Assembly (NCBI GenBank): GCA_965223155.1
Contig: CBDCVR010000014.1
Coordinates: 1,152,001 to 1,216,000 of the forward strand
Length of the DNA: 64,000 bases
Reading direction: 5' to 3'
DNA from: Candidatus Multivoradales bacterium
GTDB taxonomy: Bacteria > Acidobacteriota > Thermoanaerobaculia > Multivoradales > JAHEKO01
This document shows positions 8,675-20,532 of this stretch, piece by piece. Each line of letters starts with the position of its first letter. Position 1 is the first letter of the stretch. The notes beneath the pieces are model-generated. The model ran no database searches. It saw only the letters and a list, made by a program, of their open reading frames with translations, and was not told the origin of the DNA. The position numbers and the translations under genes were made by a program.

Positions 8675-10843
8675 CTAGAGATATTCCAGGCCGGCGTACT
8701 TGGCGACCAGCTTACGCTTGCCGACGCGATCAAAGTACACCGTGAGCTTGCCGGCATCCCCCTGGCCCTCGGCTTCCAGCACGACGCCGTCGCCCAGAGT
8801 CGGGTGGCGCACGCGCCGGCCGCGACCCACGGCTTGGCGAGGAGCGGCCGAGGGAGACTTGGGCCGGGACGATCCGTAGAAGGCGTAGACGCCGCGCGCC
8901 CGGTTGTCGGTAAAGAGCTCGGGGCTGTTGGTCACCCGCAGACTCTCGGCCGGCAGCTCATCGACGAAGCGGGAGGGATCCTGATCCTGATAGCGGCCCG
9001 CGATCCGGCGGCGCCGGCAAAGCGTCAGGAAAAGCCGCTCCTCGGCACGGGTCATCGCCACGTACAGAAGTCTCCGCTCCTCCTCGACCTCGTCGTCGCC
9101 GCCGAGCGCGTTGAAGTGCGGCAGCAGCCCCTCTTCCAGGCCTGCCACGATCACCGCCCGAAACTCCAGACCCTTGGCGCTGTGCATGGTCATGACCGAG
9201 ACCCCGCGATCCGGCTGCCAGGAGTCGATGTCGGCCACCAGAGAAGCATGATCCAGGAACGCCTCGAGCGGATCCGCCTCGGCCTCCGGCCTGCTCTCGA
9301 CGAACTCGTGCATGGCGGTGACGAGCTCGTTGACGTTCTCGCGCTTGGCTTGACTCTCCTGGTTTTCCTTCTTGTAGAGCGACAGATAGTCGGTCGCCTC
9401 CAGGATGCGCTCCACCAACTCGGGCAGGCTGGCGGTCTCGGCGAACGCCGTCAGCTCCTCGATCAGCTCCCGAAAAGCCGTCAAGGCCTTGGCCCCGCGC
9501 TGGGGGAAGCGCGCCGGCTCGAGGTGCTTGAGCGCTTCCCAAAGCGACGAGCCCGCCTCCGAAGCGCTCTGCTCGAGGGACACGCGGGTGGCCTTGCCGA
9601 TGCCGCGCGGCGGCTGGTTCAGAACCCGGCCCAGCGAGAAATCGTCGTGCGGGTTGCGCAGCAGACGGAGGTAAGCCACAAGATCCTTGATCTCGGCCCG
9701 CTCGTAGAAGCGCAGGCCTCCAACCAGGACGTAGGGGATTCGGCGATCCAGCAGCCGCTCTTCCAAGACTCGGGTCTGGGCGTTGGTGCGCACCAGCACC
9801 GCCATCTCGCTCCAGCGCAGATCCTCGTGCTGCTGTTCGAGGGTGTTGGCGATCCAGCGCGCCTCGTCCAGCTCGTCTCCGGCCCGGTAGAGCTCGATCG
9901 GCTCGCCATCTCCGGCCTCGGTCCAGAGCTTCTTGCCCCGCCGCCTCTGGTTGTGCCCCACGACCGCCTCGGCCGCCGACAGGATGTTCTGGGTGGACCG
10001 GTAGTTGCGCTCGAGCTTGCGCACCACCGCCCCCGGGAAGTAGCGCTCGAAGTCCAGGACGTTGTCGAGGTCGGCTCCCCGCCAGCGGTAAATCCCCTGG
10101 TCCTCGTCGCCCACCGCGGTGAGGTTGCCGGAGGCGCCGACGAGCTCGAGGACCATCCGCATCTGGGCGTGGTTCGTATCCTGAAACTCGTCGACCATGA
10201 GGTAGTGGACCCGCTCGCGGAGCCGTTTCCGGATTTCCGGGTGCTTCTCGAGCAGGCGCACCGAAAGCCGCAGCATGTCGTCGAAATCGACCGCTCCGGC
10301 GCGCTTGAGCAATCCCTGGTACGTGCGGTACGCGGCGGCGACTCGCTGGTCGAAGAAGCTCCGGGCCTCGCCTTCGAAGTCGGCCGGCCCTTGCAGACGG
10401 TTCTTGGCGGCGCCGATCGCGGCCAGCACGCTCCGTGGCGGGTACGAGGTCTCGGACAGCCCCTCCTGCTTGAGCGCCTTCTTGAGCGTCGAGATCTGGT
10501 CGTCGCGATCGAAGATGACGAAGCCCGGAGCGAGCCCCACCCGGTCTCCGTAGCGCCTGAGCAGGCCCAAAGCGAAGCGGTGGAAGGTCCCGACGAAGGT
10601 GGGAAGCGGCTGCATCTCGAGAAGACGCTCGACCCGGTCGCGCATCTCCTGGGCCGCCTTGTTGGTGAACGTGACCGCGACGATCCCGGCTGGATCGATG
10701 CCGACCTCGCGCACCAGGTGCCCGACGCGGTAGGTGATGACCCGGGTCTTGCCCGAGCCCGCTCCGGCCAAAACCAGCTGCGGACCTTCGCCGTGGCGCA
10801 CCGCCTCGAGCTGTTCGGGATTGAGATCCTGCGTGAGATCCAA
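8675..10843 (-). CDS. pcrA: UvrD/PcrA superfamily I DNA helicase
   Basis: AGAGSGKT, VDEFQDTN, VGDEDQGIYRWRGA, NYRS, MTMHSAKGLEF, EEERRLLYVAMTRA, C-terminal Tudor-like domain; start reassigned to TTG 10843 after GGAG. Confidence 0.95.
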   Translation of the reverse strand: MDLTQDLNPEQLEAVRHGEGPQLVLAGAGSGKTRVITYRVGHLVREVGIDPAGIVAVTFTNKAAQEMRDRVERLLEMQPLPTFVGTFHRFALGLLRRYGDRVGLAPGFVIFDRDDQISTLKKALKQEGLSETSYPPRSVLAAIGAAKNRLQGPADFEGEARSFFDQRVAAAYRTYQGLLKRAGAVDFDDMLRLSVRLLEKHPEIRKRLRERVHYLMVDEFQDTNHAQMRMVLELVGASGNLTAVGDEDQGIYRWRGADLDNVLDFERYFPGAVVRKLERNYRSTQNILSAAEAVVGHNQRRRGKKLWTEAGDGEPIELYRAGDELDEARWIANTLEQQHEDLRWSEMAVLVRTNAQTRVLEERLLDRRIPYVLVGGLRFYERAEIKDLVAYLRLLRNPHDDFSLGRVLNQPPRGIGKATRVSLEQSASEAGSSLWEALKHLEPARFPQRGAKALTAFRELIEELTAFAETASLPELVERILEATDYLSLYKKENQESQAKRENVNELVTAMHEFVESRPEAEADPLEAFLDHASLVADIDSWQPDRGVSVMTMHSAKGLEFRAVIVAGLEEGLLPHFNALGGDDEVEEERRLLYVAMTRAEERLFLTLCRRRRIAGRYQDQDPSRFVDELPAESLRVTNSPELFTDNRARGVYAFYGSSRPKSPSAAPRQAVGRGRRVRHPTLGDGVVLEAEGQGDAGKLTVYFDRVGKRKLVAKYAGLEYL

Positions 10844-10848
10844 GGCGC

Positions 10849-12672
<1,824 letters not shown>

Positions 12673-12721
12673 AGGGTTCTCTCAGCTCTCCTTCTCGGAT
12701 GGTTCGGATTTGGGGAACTCA

Positions 12722-12755
12722 GGGGACTTGGGGGACTTGGGGGACTTGGGGACTT
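12722..12755. repeat. 9-bp tandem repeat (GGGGGACTT) x~4 in the glmU 3' end
   Basis: ggggactt gggggactt gggggactt ggggactt. Confidence 0.9.
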
Positions 12756-14170
12756 GGTGGATTCGGCGGCGGCATCCTCCCGCCGGGCCTGCCGCCGGCG
12801 CCAGCCGTCCACGTTGCGCTGGCGGGCGCGGCCGACGCCCAGACTGCCGTCCGGAACGTCCTGGGTGATCACCGAACCGGCTCCGGTGGAGGCTCCGTCG
12901 CCGACCCGCACCGGCGCCACCAGCATGGTGTCGCTGCCGATGAAGGCCTCCTCTCCGATCTCGGTTCGGTGCTTGTCCTTGCCGTCGTAGTTGCAGGTGA
13001 CCGTGCCCGCCCCGATGTTGGCGCCGCTGCCCACGACCGCGTCGCCCAGGTAGGCGAGGTGCCCCGCTTTGACCCCCGGCGCAAGCCGGGAGTTCTTGAT
13101 CTCGACGAAGTTGCCAATCTTCGAGTCGGCTCCGACCACCGTACCCGGCCGCAGGCGCGCGAACGGTCCCACCTTGGCCCGGCTCTCGACGGTCGCGCCT
13201 TCGAGCACGCTCACCGGTCCGATGACGACCTCGTCGCCCAGACTCGAGTCCCTGAGCCAGGCGCCCGACTCGATCGTGGCCCGCTCTCCGACCGTGGTCC
13301 GCCCCAGAAGCGACACGCCCTCGTGCACCACGGAGTCACGACCGATCTGGACCTCGGCTTCGACTACCGTGCGCTCCGGATCCAAGATCGTGACGCCACG
13401 TTCCATGAGCTCGGCGCAGCGCCGGTTCGACAGGATGCGGTGAGCGCGCGCCAGGTCCGCCCGATCGTTCACGCCCCAGGCCTCGCTCTCATCGGCGAGG
13501 TCGAACAAGGCGACCGGCACGCCGTCGGCAGCGGCACTCGAGAACGCATCCGTCAGATAGAGCTCTCCCTGAGCGTTGGCGGTGACCAGACCGTCCAGGT
13601 AGGCGGCGATCTCGTCCTTCGGCGCCACGTAGACGCCGGCGTTGATGGTCGAAAGCGCAAGCTCCTCTTCGCTCGCGTCCCGGGCTTCGACGATGCCGAG
13701 AAGCTTGCCGCCGGCGCCTCGCTTGACCCGGCCGAGCCCGCCGGGCTCGGCCACGTCGGCGACGGTCACCGCCCAGCCGGCGCCGGCTCTCTCGAGCAGC
13801 GCCTCGAGCGTCGCGGCACGGATCGCCGGTACGTCTCCGGAGAGGATAAGCAGCCGAGCGGGGCCTTCGATCGCGGCGACCGCCTGCTGCAAGGCGTGTC
13901 CGGTGCCCAGTTGCTCGGCCTGCTCGACCCAGAGGATTCCGCTTTCGCCCCCGCCTTCGACAAACGCGGCCCGGACGGCGTCGGCCTGGTGTCCGACGAC
14001 GACGGCGCAACGATCGCAGCCCGCCTTGCCGGCCGCATCCAGAACCCAGCCCAGAAGCGGCCGCCCCGCTGCTTCGTGCAGGACCTTGGCCCGGTCCGAG
14101 CGCATCCGGGTTCCCTTCCCGGCTGCCAGGACGACCGCGATCGTGGGTTGTTCCATTGCGGTTCGCTTTC

Positions 14171-15205
14171 TCAGGAGTCGTCGCGCGCCAGCGGCCCGTT
14201 CCGCCGCACCTCGGCTACTTGAGCCACCTGACATATCTGACCTGCCAGAGCCAGGACCGCTTCGCGCAGCTTCGCCGGATCATGCCGGATGAGCTCACCC
14301 TCCGCAACCAGGTCGGCACGAACCAGGGCCGGCCCCGGGCGATCGGCGAAGGCTTCGGGCTCGACGGTGACAGGAATGGCTCCGACCTCCGCATAGCGAG
14401 CCAGGAGCGCGTCGTCGAAGCGTCCGTCGTGGGCCAGGACACAGTCAACGAGGCCGGTTCCGGCGTAGCGCTCGAGGGCGCCGAGGTGCTCTGCCGCGTC
14501 CAGCCCGTCGGTCTCACCCGGCTGGGTCATCAGATTGAGCACCAGCAGCACCCGAGCCGGACTCTCCCGTACCGCCCGGAAGATCCCGGGGATCAGCAGA
14601 TTGGGCAGGATCGAGGTGTAGAGCGAGCCCGGTCCGAGCAGCACCAGGTCCGCCTCCCGAAGGGCCTCGACCGCGGGCGGAAAGGCCGGGGGACCCGCCG
14701 GCACGAGCTCCACCTGGGAAAGAGGCTCGCCCGCGGCCCCGATCGCGGACTCGCCTTCATAGTCCGCTCCCGAAGCTCCGGTGCCACGCAGGCGCACGTC
14801 GCTCACGGTCGCCGGCAGGATCCTCCCGCGCACCGCCAGAATCGACTCGGCGGTCAGGATCGCTTGATGGAAATCACCGGTGATTCCGGTCAGTGCGGTC
14901 AGAAAGAGATTGCCGAACGAGTGCCCGGCGAGCCCCGTGCCACCGGCGAATCGATACTGGAAGAGCCTGGCCACCAGGGCCTCGTCGTCCGCCAGGGCCA
15001 CCAGGCAGTTGCGAATGTCACCCGGTGCCGGCACGCCGAACTCGGCGCGTAGCCGCCCCGAGGAGCCGCCGTCGTCGGCCACGGTCACGATGCCGGCGAG
15101 ATCGCCGATCCGGTCACCGACCGCCGGCTTGAGTGCCCGCAAGAGGACGGCGAGACCGCTGCCGCCGCCGACCGCGACGACGTTGGGAAGCTTGCTCGAA
15201 GCCAT
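14171..15205 (-). CDS. yvcK: YvcK/GlmR (CofD/UPF0052 family) UDP-GlcNAc-binding protein
   Basis: VGGGSG, VTVADDGGSSGRLR, PGDIRNCL, GHSFGNL, GPGSLYTSILPNL, NLMTQPGET, RHDP. Confidence 0.93.
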   Translation of the reverse strand: MASSKLPNVVAVGGGSGLAVLLRALKPAVGDRIGDLAGIVTVADDGGSSGRLRAEFGVPAPGDIRNCLVALADDEALVARLFQYRFAGGTGLAGHSFGNLFLTALTGITGDFHQAILTAESILAVRGRILPATVSDVRLRGTGASGADYEGESAIGAAGEPLSQVELVPAGPPAFPPAVEALREADLVLLGPGSLYTSILPNLLIPGIFRAVRESPARVLLVLNLMTQPGETDGLDAAEHLGALERYAGTGLVDCVLAHDGRFDDALLARYAEVGAIPVTVEPEAFADRPGPALVRADLVAEGELIRHDPAKLREAVLALAGQICQVAQVAEVRRNGPLARDDS

Positions 15206-15277
15206 CGTTCCGGAACGTCCTAGCCGCCCGCCGGCAGCGCGCTTCCCGTGCTTCGACCTTCGGCGGCGGCCGCCAGG

Positions 15278-15913
15278 CTAGTCGCTGGTGAAGAGCTCCG
15301 CAAAGCTCGGATCGCGGCGCAGCTCCGCAAAATCCTCGTCGTGAATCGCCGCAACGCGATTCCGGGGGTTCAACTCGATCGCGCGCCCCAGGAGCTCGGC
15401 GGCCTTGCCCGCCTCGTCCTTGAGCGCGTACACGGACGCCGCCAGGTAGGCGAACCGCTCGTCCTTGCCCTGCCGCCCCCCGCGGGCGCACAGGTCCAGG
15501 ACTTGGTCGAGCTCGCCCAGATTCCTCAAGTACACGGCTTCCAGATAGGGATCGCCGGCGGCCTGCTTCCGCTCACCAGCAAGCCGCTCCTCGCAGATGT
15601 CGAGGTACCGGCGAGCGCTCTGTCCCAGCTCGGTCAGATCGGTAGCGTCCACGATCTCGCGCAGCAAGCCGGCGGCATCCTTCCACTTGCTCTGGTGCAT
15701 CTTGCGGATCGCCTGCTCGAACTTCTTCACGTAGGCGTCGTGGGCAAGCGCCGCCGCGCCGCCCATGTCCCGGGCCGCCAGCCCGAGCTCGCCCAGCTTG
15801 GCTTCGACTGTTTCCTCGTCGGTCTTGAACCGTTCGGCCAGCTCCTTCAGCAGCCGCTTGTGGGCGTATCTCTTGAGATACGTTTCCTCGTCCTTCTTCC
15901 AGCGCTTCGCCAT
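15278..15913 (-). CDS. TPR-repeat protein with N-terminal HTH/Myb-like segment
   Basis: N-terminal RWKKDEETYLKRY..LKELAERF..EETVEAKLGELGL; TPR-like helices ending RAIELNPRNRVAAIHDEDFAEL. Confidence 0.65.
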   Translation of the reverse strand: MAKRWKKDEETYLKRYAHKRLLKELAERFKTDEETVEAKLGELGLAARDMGGAAALAHDAYVKKFEQAIRKMHQSKWKDAAGLLREIVDATDLTELGQSARRYLDICEERLAGERKQAAGDPYLEAVYLRNLGELDQVLDLCARGGRQGKDERFAYLAASVYALKDEAGKAAELLGRAIELNPRNRVAAIHDEDFAELRRDPSFAELFTSD

Positions 15914-15915
15914 AT

Positions 15916-16500
15916 CTATCGTTTCCTCAGCTCAACCAGAATCTGCTTGGCGACCGATTTCAAAGTGTCGAAGACCCCAACTCCCTTCAACGCCACCGCC
16001 TCGAACGTGGGTTCGCGTTTGTAGTTGAGCATGCGGTACATCTCGTCCACGGGCATGGCGTTCGGCAAGTCGCGCTTGTTGAACTGAAGGGCCATGGGCA
16101 GCTCCTTCAACTCGAAGCCGTGGTCGCGCAGGTTGCTCTCCAGGTTGCGAATCGACTCGACGTTGGCCTCCATCCGCTCGCGCTGACTGTCGGCCACGAA
16201 AACCACCCCGTCCACCCCCTTCAAGATCAGCTTCCGGCTGGCGTCGTAGAACACCTGCCCGGGCACCGTGTAGAGATGAAACCGAGTCGTGAATCCCCGG
16301 ATCGAGCCCAAGTCGAGCGGCAGGAAGTCGAAGAACAGAGTCCGATCCGCTTCGGTCGCGAGCGAGATCATCTTCCCCTTCCGGTCCGGAGCGGTCTTGT
16401 TGTAGATGTACTGCAAGTTGGTCGTCTTGCCCCCGAGACCGGGGCCGTAATAGACGATCTTGCAGTTGATCTCCTTGGCTGCGTAGTTGATAAACGTCAT
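15916..16500 (-). CDS. mglA: MglA small Ras-like GTPase
   Basis: [41 protein letters not shown]. Confidence 0.96.
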   Translation of the reverse strand: MTFINYAAKEINCKIVYYGPGLGGKTTNLQYIYNKTAPDRKGKMISLATEADRTLFFDFLPLDLGSIRGFTTRFHLYTVPGQVFYDASRKLILKGVDGVVFVADSQRERMEANVESIRNLESNLRDHGFELKELPMALQFNKRDLPNAMPVDEMYRMLNYKREPTFEAVALKGVGVFDTLKSVAKQILVELRKR

Positions 16501-16535
16501 GTGGGGCGCCGCTGCCTGGGTCTACTCGCTGGGAT

Positions 16536-17012
16536 CTACTCGCTGAAGAGGGCGTCGATGTCTTCGTCCGTAATCTCCGAGAACGGACTCGGCTCGGCGG
16601 CGCCGGCCTCAGGCTCGCTCTGAGCGGTCATGTCGTCAAAGACCTTCTCCAGCTCCACGCTGGCCCGCTTGACCCGCAGCCGCACCAGCCCGAGCGACGA
16701 GCGCTCGTCGAAGATCACCAGCAGGATGGCCCGACGGGCAACGATCGAGATATGGATGTGATCCCGCTGGCCTTCGTGGAACAGCACCGAGAACTCGCGC
16801 TCGCCAATGAGCTTGGCGAGGCCATCGGTCGCGGCCACGTTACCGGCGGTAAGCGACGCTAGCGACGTCGAGTCGAAGTCATCGGTGGCACCGGCGGCCG
16901 CGATGTGCTGACCGTTCTTGTCGATGAGAAAGACGGCCTTGGCGTTCGCGTCCTGGCGCAATCGGCGCAGGGCATCCTCAAGGCGCCGAAACTCGGTTTC
17001 AAAAACTTCCAT
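16536..17012 (-). CDS. mglB: MglB Roadblock/LC7 GTPase-activating protein
   Basis: FLIDKNGQ, SLASLTAGNVAATDGLAKLIGE, SSLGLVRLRVK, PFSEITDEDIDALF. Confidence 0.95.
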   Translation of the reverse strand: MEVFETEFRRLEDALRRLRQDANAKAVFLIDKNGQHIAAAGATDDFDSTSLASLTAGNVAATDGLAKLIGEREFSVLFHEGQRDHIHISIVARRAILLVIFDERSSLGLVRLRVKRASVELEKVFDDMTAQSEPEAGAAEPSPFSEITDEDIDALFSE

Positions 17013-17077
17013 GGACCAGAAACTCCTGCTGACTCGGCTCCGATTGGCGCCAAAAGGGCCCCGCGAAGCCGCGTGAA

Positions 17078-17106
17078 ACTATCACACAGAGCACCGATTT
17101 CCACAA
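17078..17106 (-). promoter_or_regulatory. Putative sigma70 promoter for the mglB run
   Basis: TTGTGG-17 nt-GATAGT with extended TG, in an AT-richer intergenic stretch. Confidence 0.35.
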
Positions 17107-17168
17107 TGAAGGCAGGCACTTAGGCCGGAGACGTGGTAGCGTACGGAGCTTAAGAATATCGAAACGAA

Positions 17169-18809
17169 ATGAAATCCCTGAGGCCACCCCGCTCCACCGC
17201 AGCCCGCGATCGAGCACTTGAGCGCTTGGGCAGCGAGACTTGGGATCTCCTGGTCATCGGCGGCGGGATTACCGGCTGCGCCGTGGCCCGGGACGCGGCG
17301 CTCCGGGGCGTCAGGACCGCGGTCGTCGAACAGGGAGACTTCGCCTTCGGCACTTCGAGCCGATCCTCGCGGCTGGTCCACGGCGGCCTGCGCTACCTGG
17401 CCATGTTCGACTTCGGCCTGGTGCGGGAAGGTCTGGTCGAGCGCAAGCGATTGCTGGACCTCGTCCCCGGGCTGGTGCGGCCGGTTCGCTTCCTGTACCC
17501 GGTCTACCGGGGCGACCCCGACCGTTTGTGGAAAGTGCACCTCGGCGTGCGCCTCTACGACGCCCTATCGCTCGGCTACGACCTGGGCGGCACCAAGCGG
17601 ATGAGCCGGCGCCAGCTCCTGGCGTCGATGCCGGGCCTGCGCCGCGACGGGCTCAAGGGCGCGGTCTCGTACTTCGATGCCGCCACCCACGACACCCGCC
17701 TGACCCTGGCCGTGGCCAAATCGGCCGAGGCGGCCGGCGCCGTACTGGTGTCGCGATGCCGAGCCAGCGAGCTTCTGCGCGAGGGCGATCGAGTCGCCGG
17801 CGCCCAGGGCCAAGACCGCCTTGGGCCCGCCCGGCCGGCGATCCGCGCCAAGGCGACCGTCCTGTGCTGCGGTCCATGGCAGAACCTTTACCCGCCGGCG
17901 AGTGTCAGCCTGCGCACGGCCCGAGGCACCCACGTCTCGATCAAGAGCCGGCGCATTCCACTCGAGGGCTACACGGCGCTGCGTTCACCCAGGGACGGAC
18001 GCCTGGCCTTCGCCATGCCGATCGGCGAGTACGTTGTCTTCGGCACCACCGACACCGACGATCGCACCGAGCCCGGACTGGTGCGGCCCAGCCCCGATGA
18101 CACCGACTACCTCCTGGAGCTCGCCAACCACGCGTTCCCACCGGTGGACGTCACCCGCGAGGACGTGACCGGAGCCTGGGCGGGACTGCGCCCCTTGCTC
18201 GCCGAAGGCGACGCTCCGGACGCCGACGCGCTGTCGCGCCGGCACCAGGTCGTCGCCGGTCCCGCCGGCCTCTGGATCCTGACCGGCGGCAAGCTCACCA
18301 CGCACCGGCGCATGGCCGAGGATCTGGTGGACACCGTGGCGCCGTTTCTCGAGTCCGCCGACGTTGCCGTCGGCGAGTGCCGGACCGCCAGCGAACGGTT
18401 CTTCCCGGGCTCGCTCGCCGTCGGCGAAAAGCGGCTCCGCGCCCTGGGCGCGGACGAGAACGCCATCGACTCGATCGCGGGACTCTACGGTCCGCGCATC
18501 GAGGACATCGCGGCCCGGCTCGAAGCCCTGGGTGCCGCCGAACCCGGGGCCGCTCTGCGCCGGGCCCAGATCGAGACTGCAGTCGAAGAGGAGTGGGCGC
18601 TCGGGCTCGACGACCTGCTCCTGCGCCGCCTCGAGCCCGGACCTCTGGATCTCAAACAGTGCTGGCAGGAAGCACCGGCGGCGGCGCACCGCCTGGGCAC
18701 GCTCCTGGATTGGTCCGAAGACGAGATCGCGACTCAGACCGCCGAGTTCCGGAGCGAGATCGAGACCGATCTCGGCGCCGCCGGCGTCGCCCCCCCCAAG
18801 ACCGGATAG
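17169..18809 (+). CDS. glpD: FAD-dependent glycerol-3-phosphate dehydrogenase/oxidase
   Basis: IGGGITG, DFAFGTSSRSSRLVHGGLRYL, GTTD, WAGLRPL, GGKLTTHRRMAE. Confidence 0.9.
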   Translation: MKSLRPPRSTAARDRALERLGSETWDLLVIGGGITGCAVARDAALRGVRTAVVEQGDFAFGTSSRSSRLVHGGLRYLAMFDFGLVREGLVERKRLLDLVPGLVRPVRFLYPVYRGDPDRLWKVHLGVRLYDALSLGYDLGGTKRMSRRQLLASMPGLRRDGLKGAVSYFDAATHDTRLTLAVAKSAEAAGAVLVSRCRASELLREGDRVAGAQGQDRLGPARPAIRAKATVLCCGPWQNLYPPASVSLRTARGTHVSIKSRRIPLEGYTALRSPRDGRLAFAMPIGEYVVFGTTDTDDRTEPGLVRPSPDDTDYLLELANHAFPPVDVTREDVTGAWAGLRPLLAEGDAPDADALSRRHQVVAGPAGLWILTGGKLTTHRRMAEDLVDTVAPFLESADVAVGECRTASERFFPGSLAVGEKRLRALGADENAIDSIAGLYGPRIEDIAARLEALGAAEPGAALRRAQIETAVEEEWALGLDDLLLRRLEPGPLDLKQCWQEAPAAAHRLGTLLDWSEDEIATQTAEFRSEIETDLGAAGVAPPKTG

Positions 18810-18848
18810 CGCCGGGAGGCGCGCCGGACCGGGGGTACGAACTTCGAG

Positions 18849-19655
18849 CTAGCTCGCCGCGCGCTTGCGCTTGGCGCCCGAGCTCCGCCGCTTGCGCGAA
18901 CGTCCGCCCTTGAGACCGGTCACCACGTAGGTGCCGGAGCGGGCATCGGTCGTGATGCTCACCAGACCCTGCTTTTCGGCGTCCTCGAGCAGCTCCGAGA
19001 AGGTCGAATAGCCGTAGTAGCTCTCGTTGAAGGACGGTTGCTTCCTCTGCATGGTCTGCTTCACCAGCGATCCCCACAGAATGTCCTTGTTCTCGCGCTG
19101 CAGCGCTTTGATCGAGTCCACCATCAGGGTGAAGGCCTCGGCGTTCTTCTTCGAAACACCCGCCGCCAGCTCCGGCGCCTTCCTCGAATCCCGCCACACG
19201 TCCTCGTAGAAGATGAACTCGTCGCAGTTGTCGATGAGGAGGTTCGACGAGGAGTTCTTGACCCCGATGCCGATGACCACCTTGTTGTTTTCCTTGAGCT
19301 TCGTCACCAGCGGCGTGAAATCGCTGTCGCCGGACATGACGACGAAGGTATCCAGATGCTCCTTGGTGTAGGACATCTCCATGGCATCCACCGCCATCTT
19401 GATGTCGGCCGAGTTCTTGCCGGAATACCTTCGCTGAGGGATGTCGATGAGCTCGATTCCCGCCTCGTGGCACTCGCGCTTGAAGTCGCTATAGCGCTCC
19501 CAGTCGGCGTAGGCCTTCTTGACGATGATCTTGCCCTTCTCGACCAGGCGCTTCAGCACCAGGTTGATGTCGAATTTCTTGATGTCCGAATCGCGCACAC
19601 CTAGCGCGATGTTTTCCAGATCGCAGAACAAGGCGATCTTCTGTTCGTCATTCAC
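18849..19655 (-). CDS. NYN (LabA/DUF88) ribonuclease-like protein with C-terminal OST-HTH/LOTUS domain
   Basis: FCDLEN, KNSADIKMAVDA, SGDSDFTPL, CDEFIFYE, FNESYYGYSTFSELL. Confidence 0.9.
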   Translation of the reverse strand: MNDEQKIALFCDLENIALGVRDSDIKKFDINLVLKRLVEKGKIIVKKAYADWERYSDFKRECHEAGIELIDIPQRRYSGKNSADIKMAVDAMEMSYTKEHLDTFVVMSGDSDFTPLVTKLKENNKVVIGIGVKNSSSNLLIDNCDEFIFYEDVWRDSRKAPELAAGVSKKNAEAFTLMVDSIKALQRENKDILWGSLVKQTMQRKQPSFNESYYGYSTFSELLEDAEKQGLVSITTDARSGTYVVTGLKGGRSRKRRSSGAKRKRAAS

Positions 19656-19820
19656 GTTACAGTCTCTTTCTACGGCTCAAGCGGCGCAGTTCACGAGTTG
19701 ATGCGGTCTGCGGCGGCCGTCTGGATGGATGATACGGGCGGTCCCTACGCCCGAGCTTAGAATCATAACACCCGCCGGCCGGCGACCCACGCCACCGGAG
19801 ACACCCTCCGTACGACCCTC

Positions 19821-20480
19821 ATGACACCGACCGATCCGAGCTCGACGTCGCAAGGCCATCGCGTCGCTCTGCTGGTGACCGGCGCTTCGGGCATGCGCCT
19901 GCCCCAAGCGGTCCTGGCGGCCCTCGCAGGCCGCGGCGACGTCACTGCCATCCATCTCGTCGTTTCGGCCGGAGCGAGCCAGGTGCTGCGCCACGAGCTG
20001 GGCCGGAAGCGGACCGGGGCCGCCGACTTGATCCAGGCCGCCGGCATTCAAGAAGCCGATCGCGCCCGGATCCAGGTGCATCGGGACTCCGAGCTGGGCG
20101 CACCGATCGCCTCGGGCTCGTACCGCCTGACCGGCGCCGCCGTCGTGCCGGCAAGCTCGGCAACGCTCGGGGCCCTCGCCACCGGCACCGCGCGCACACT
20201 CATTCATCGTGCCGGCGCGGTCGCTCTCAAGGAGCGCTGGCCGCTCGTCTTGGGCTTTCGCGAAACCCCGCTCTCGCTCGTCCACCTCGAGAACCTACGC
20301 CGGCTGGCACTGGCCGGAGCCGTGATCCTGCCACCGATTCCCGCCTTCTACATCGGCGATCCCGACCGCGCCGAGCAGTCCCTAGAACGCTTCGCGGCGC
20401 ACTATGCGATGCGCGTCCTAGACGCCCTCGGCCTGCCTCCCGATTCGCACTCCGAGCTGCGCTGGGCGGGCGAAAACTGA
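19821..20480 (+). CDS. ubiX: Flavin prenyltransferase UbiX family
   Basis: VTGASG, APIASGS, RAGAVALKER, RETPL, PAFY. Confidence 0.9.
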   Translation: MTPTDPSSTSQGHRVALLVTGASGMRLPQAVLAALAGRGDVTAIHLVVSAGASQVLRHELGRKRTGAADLIQAAGIQEADRARIQVHRDSELGAPIASGSYRLTGAAVVPASSATLGALATGTARTLIHRAGAVALKERWPLVLGFRETPLSLVHLENLRRLALAGAVILPPIPAFYIGDPDRAEQSLERFAAHYAMRVLDALGLPPDSHSELRWAGEN

Positions 20481-20492
20481 CCGATTTTCGCT

Positions 20493-20501
20493 TGCTATAC
20501 T
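20493..20501 (+). promoter_or_regulatory. Extended -10 element upstream of mqnE
   Basis: TGcTATACT in the ubiX-mqnE gap. Confidence 0.45.
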
Positions 20502-20532
20502 TTCGCTCCCCGGTGGAGCCGGGGCTCGATCC

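Noticed and set aside
12673-12720. glmS ribozyme upstream of glmS
   Set aside because: No room: the region is the glmU coding tail and lacks the ribozyme core.
17072-17086. CRP-like palindrome TGTGA-N5-TCACG near the mglB promoter
   Set aside because: Spacer is 5 nt rather than 6; not enough evidence to assign a regulator.
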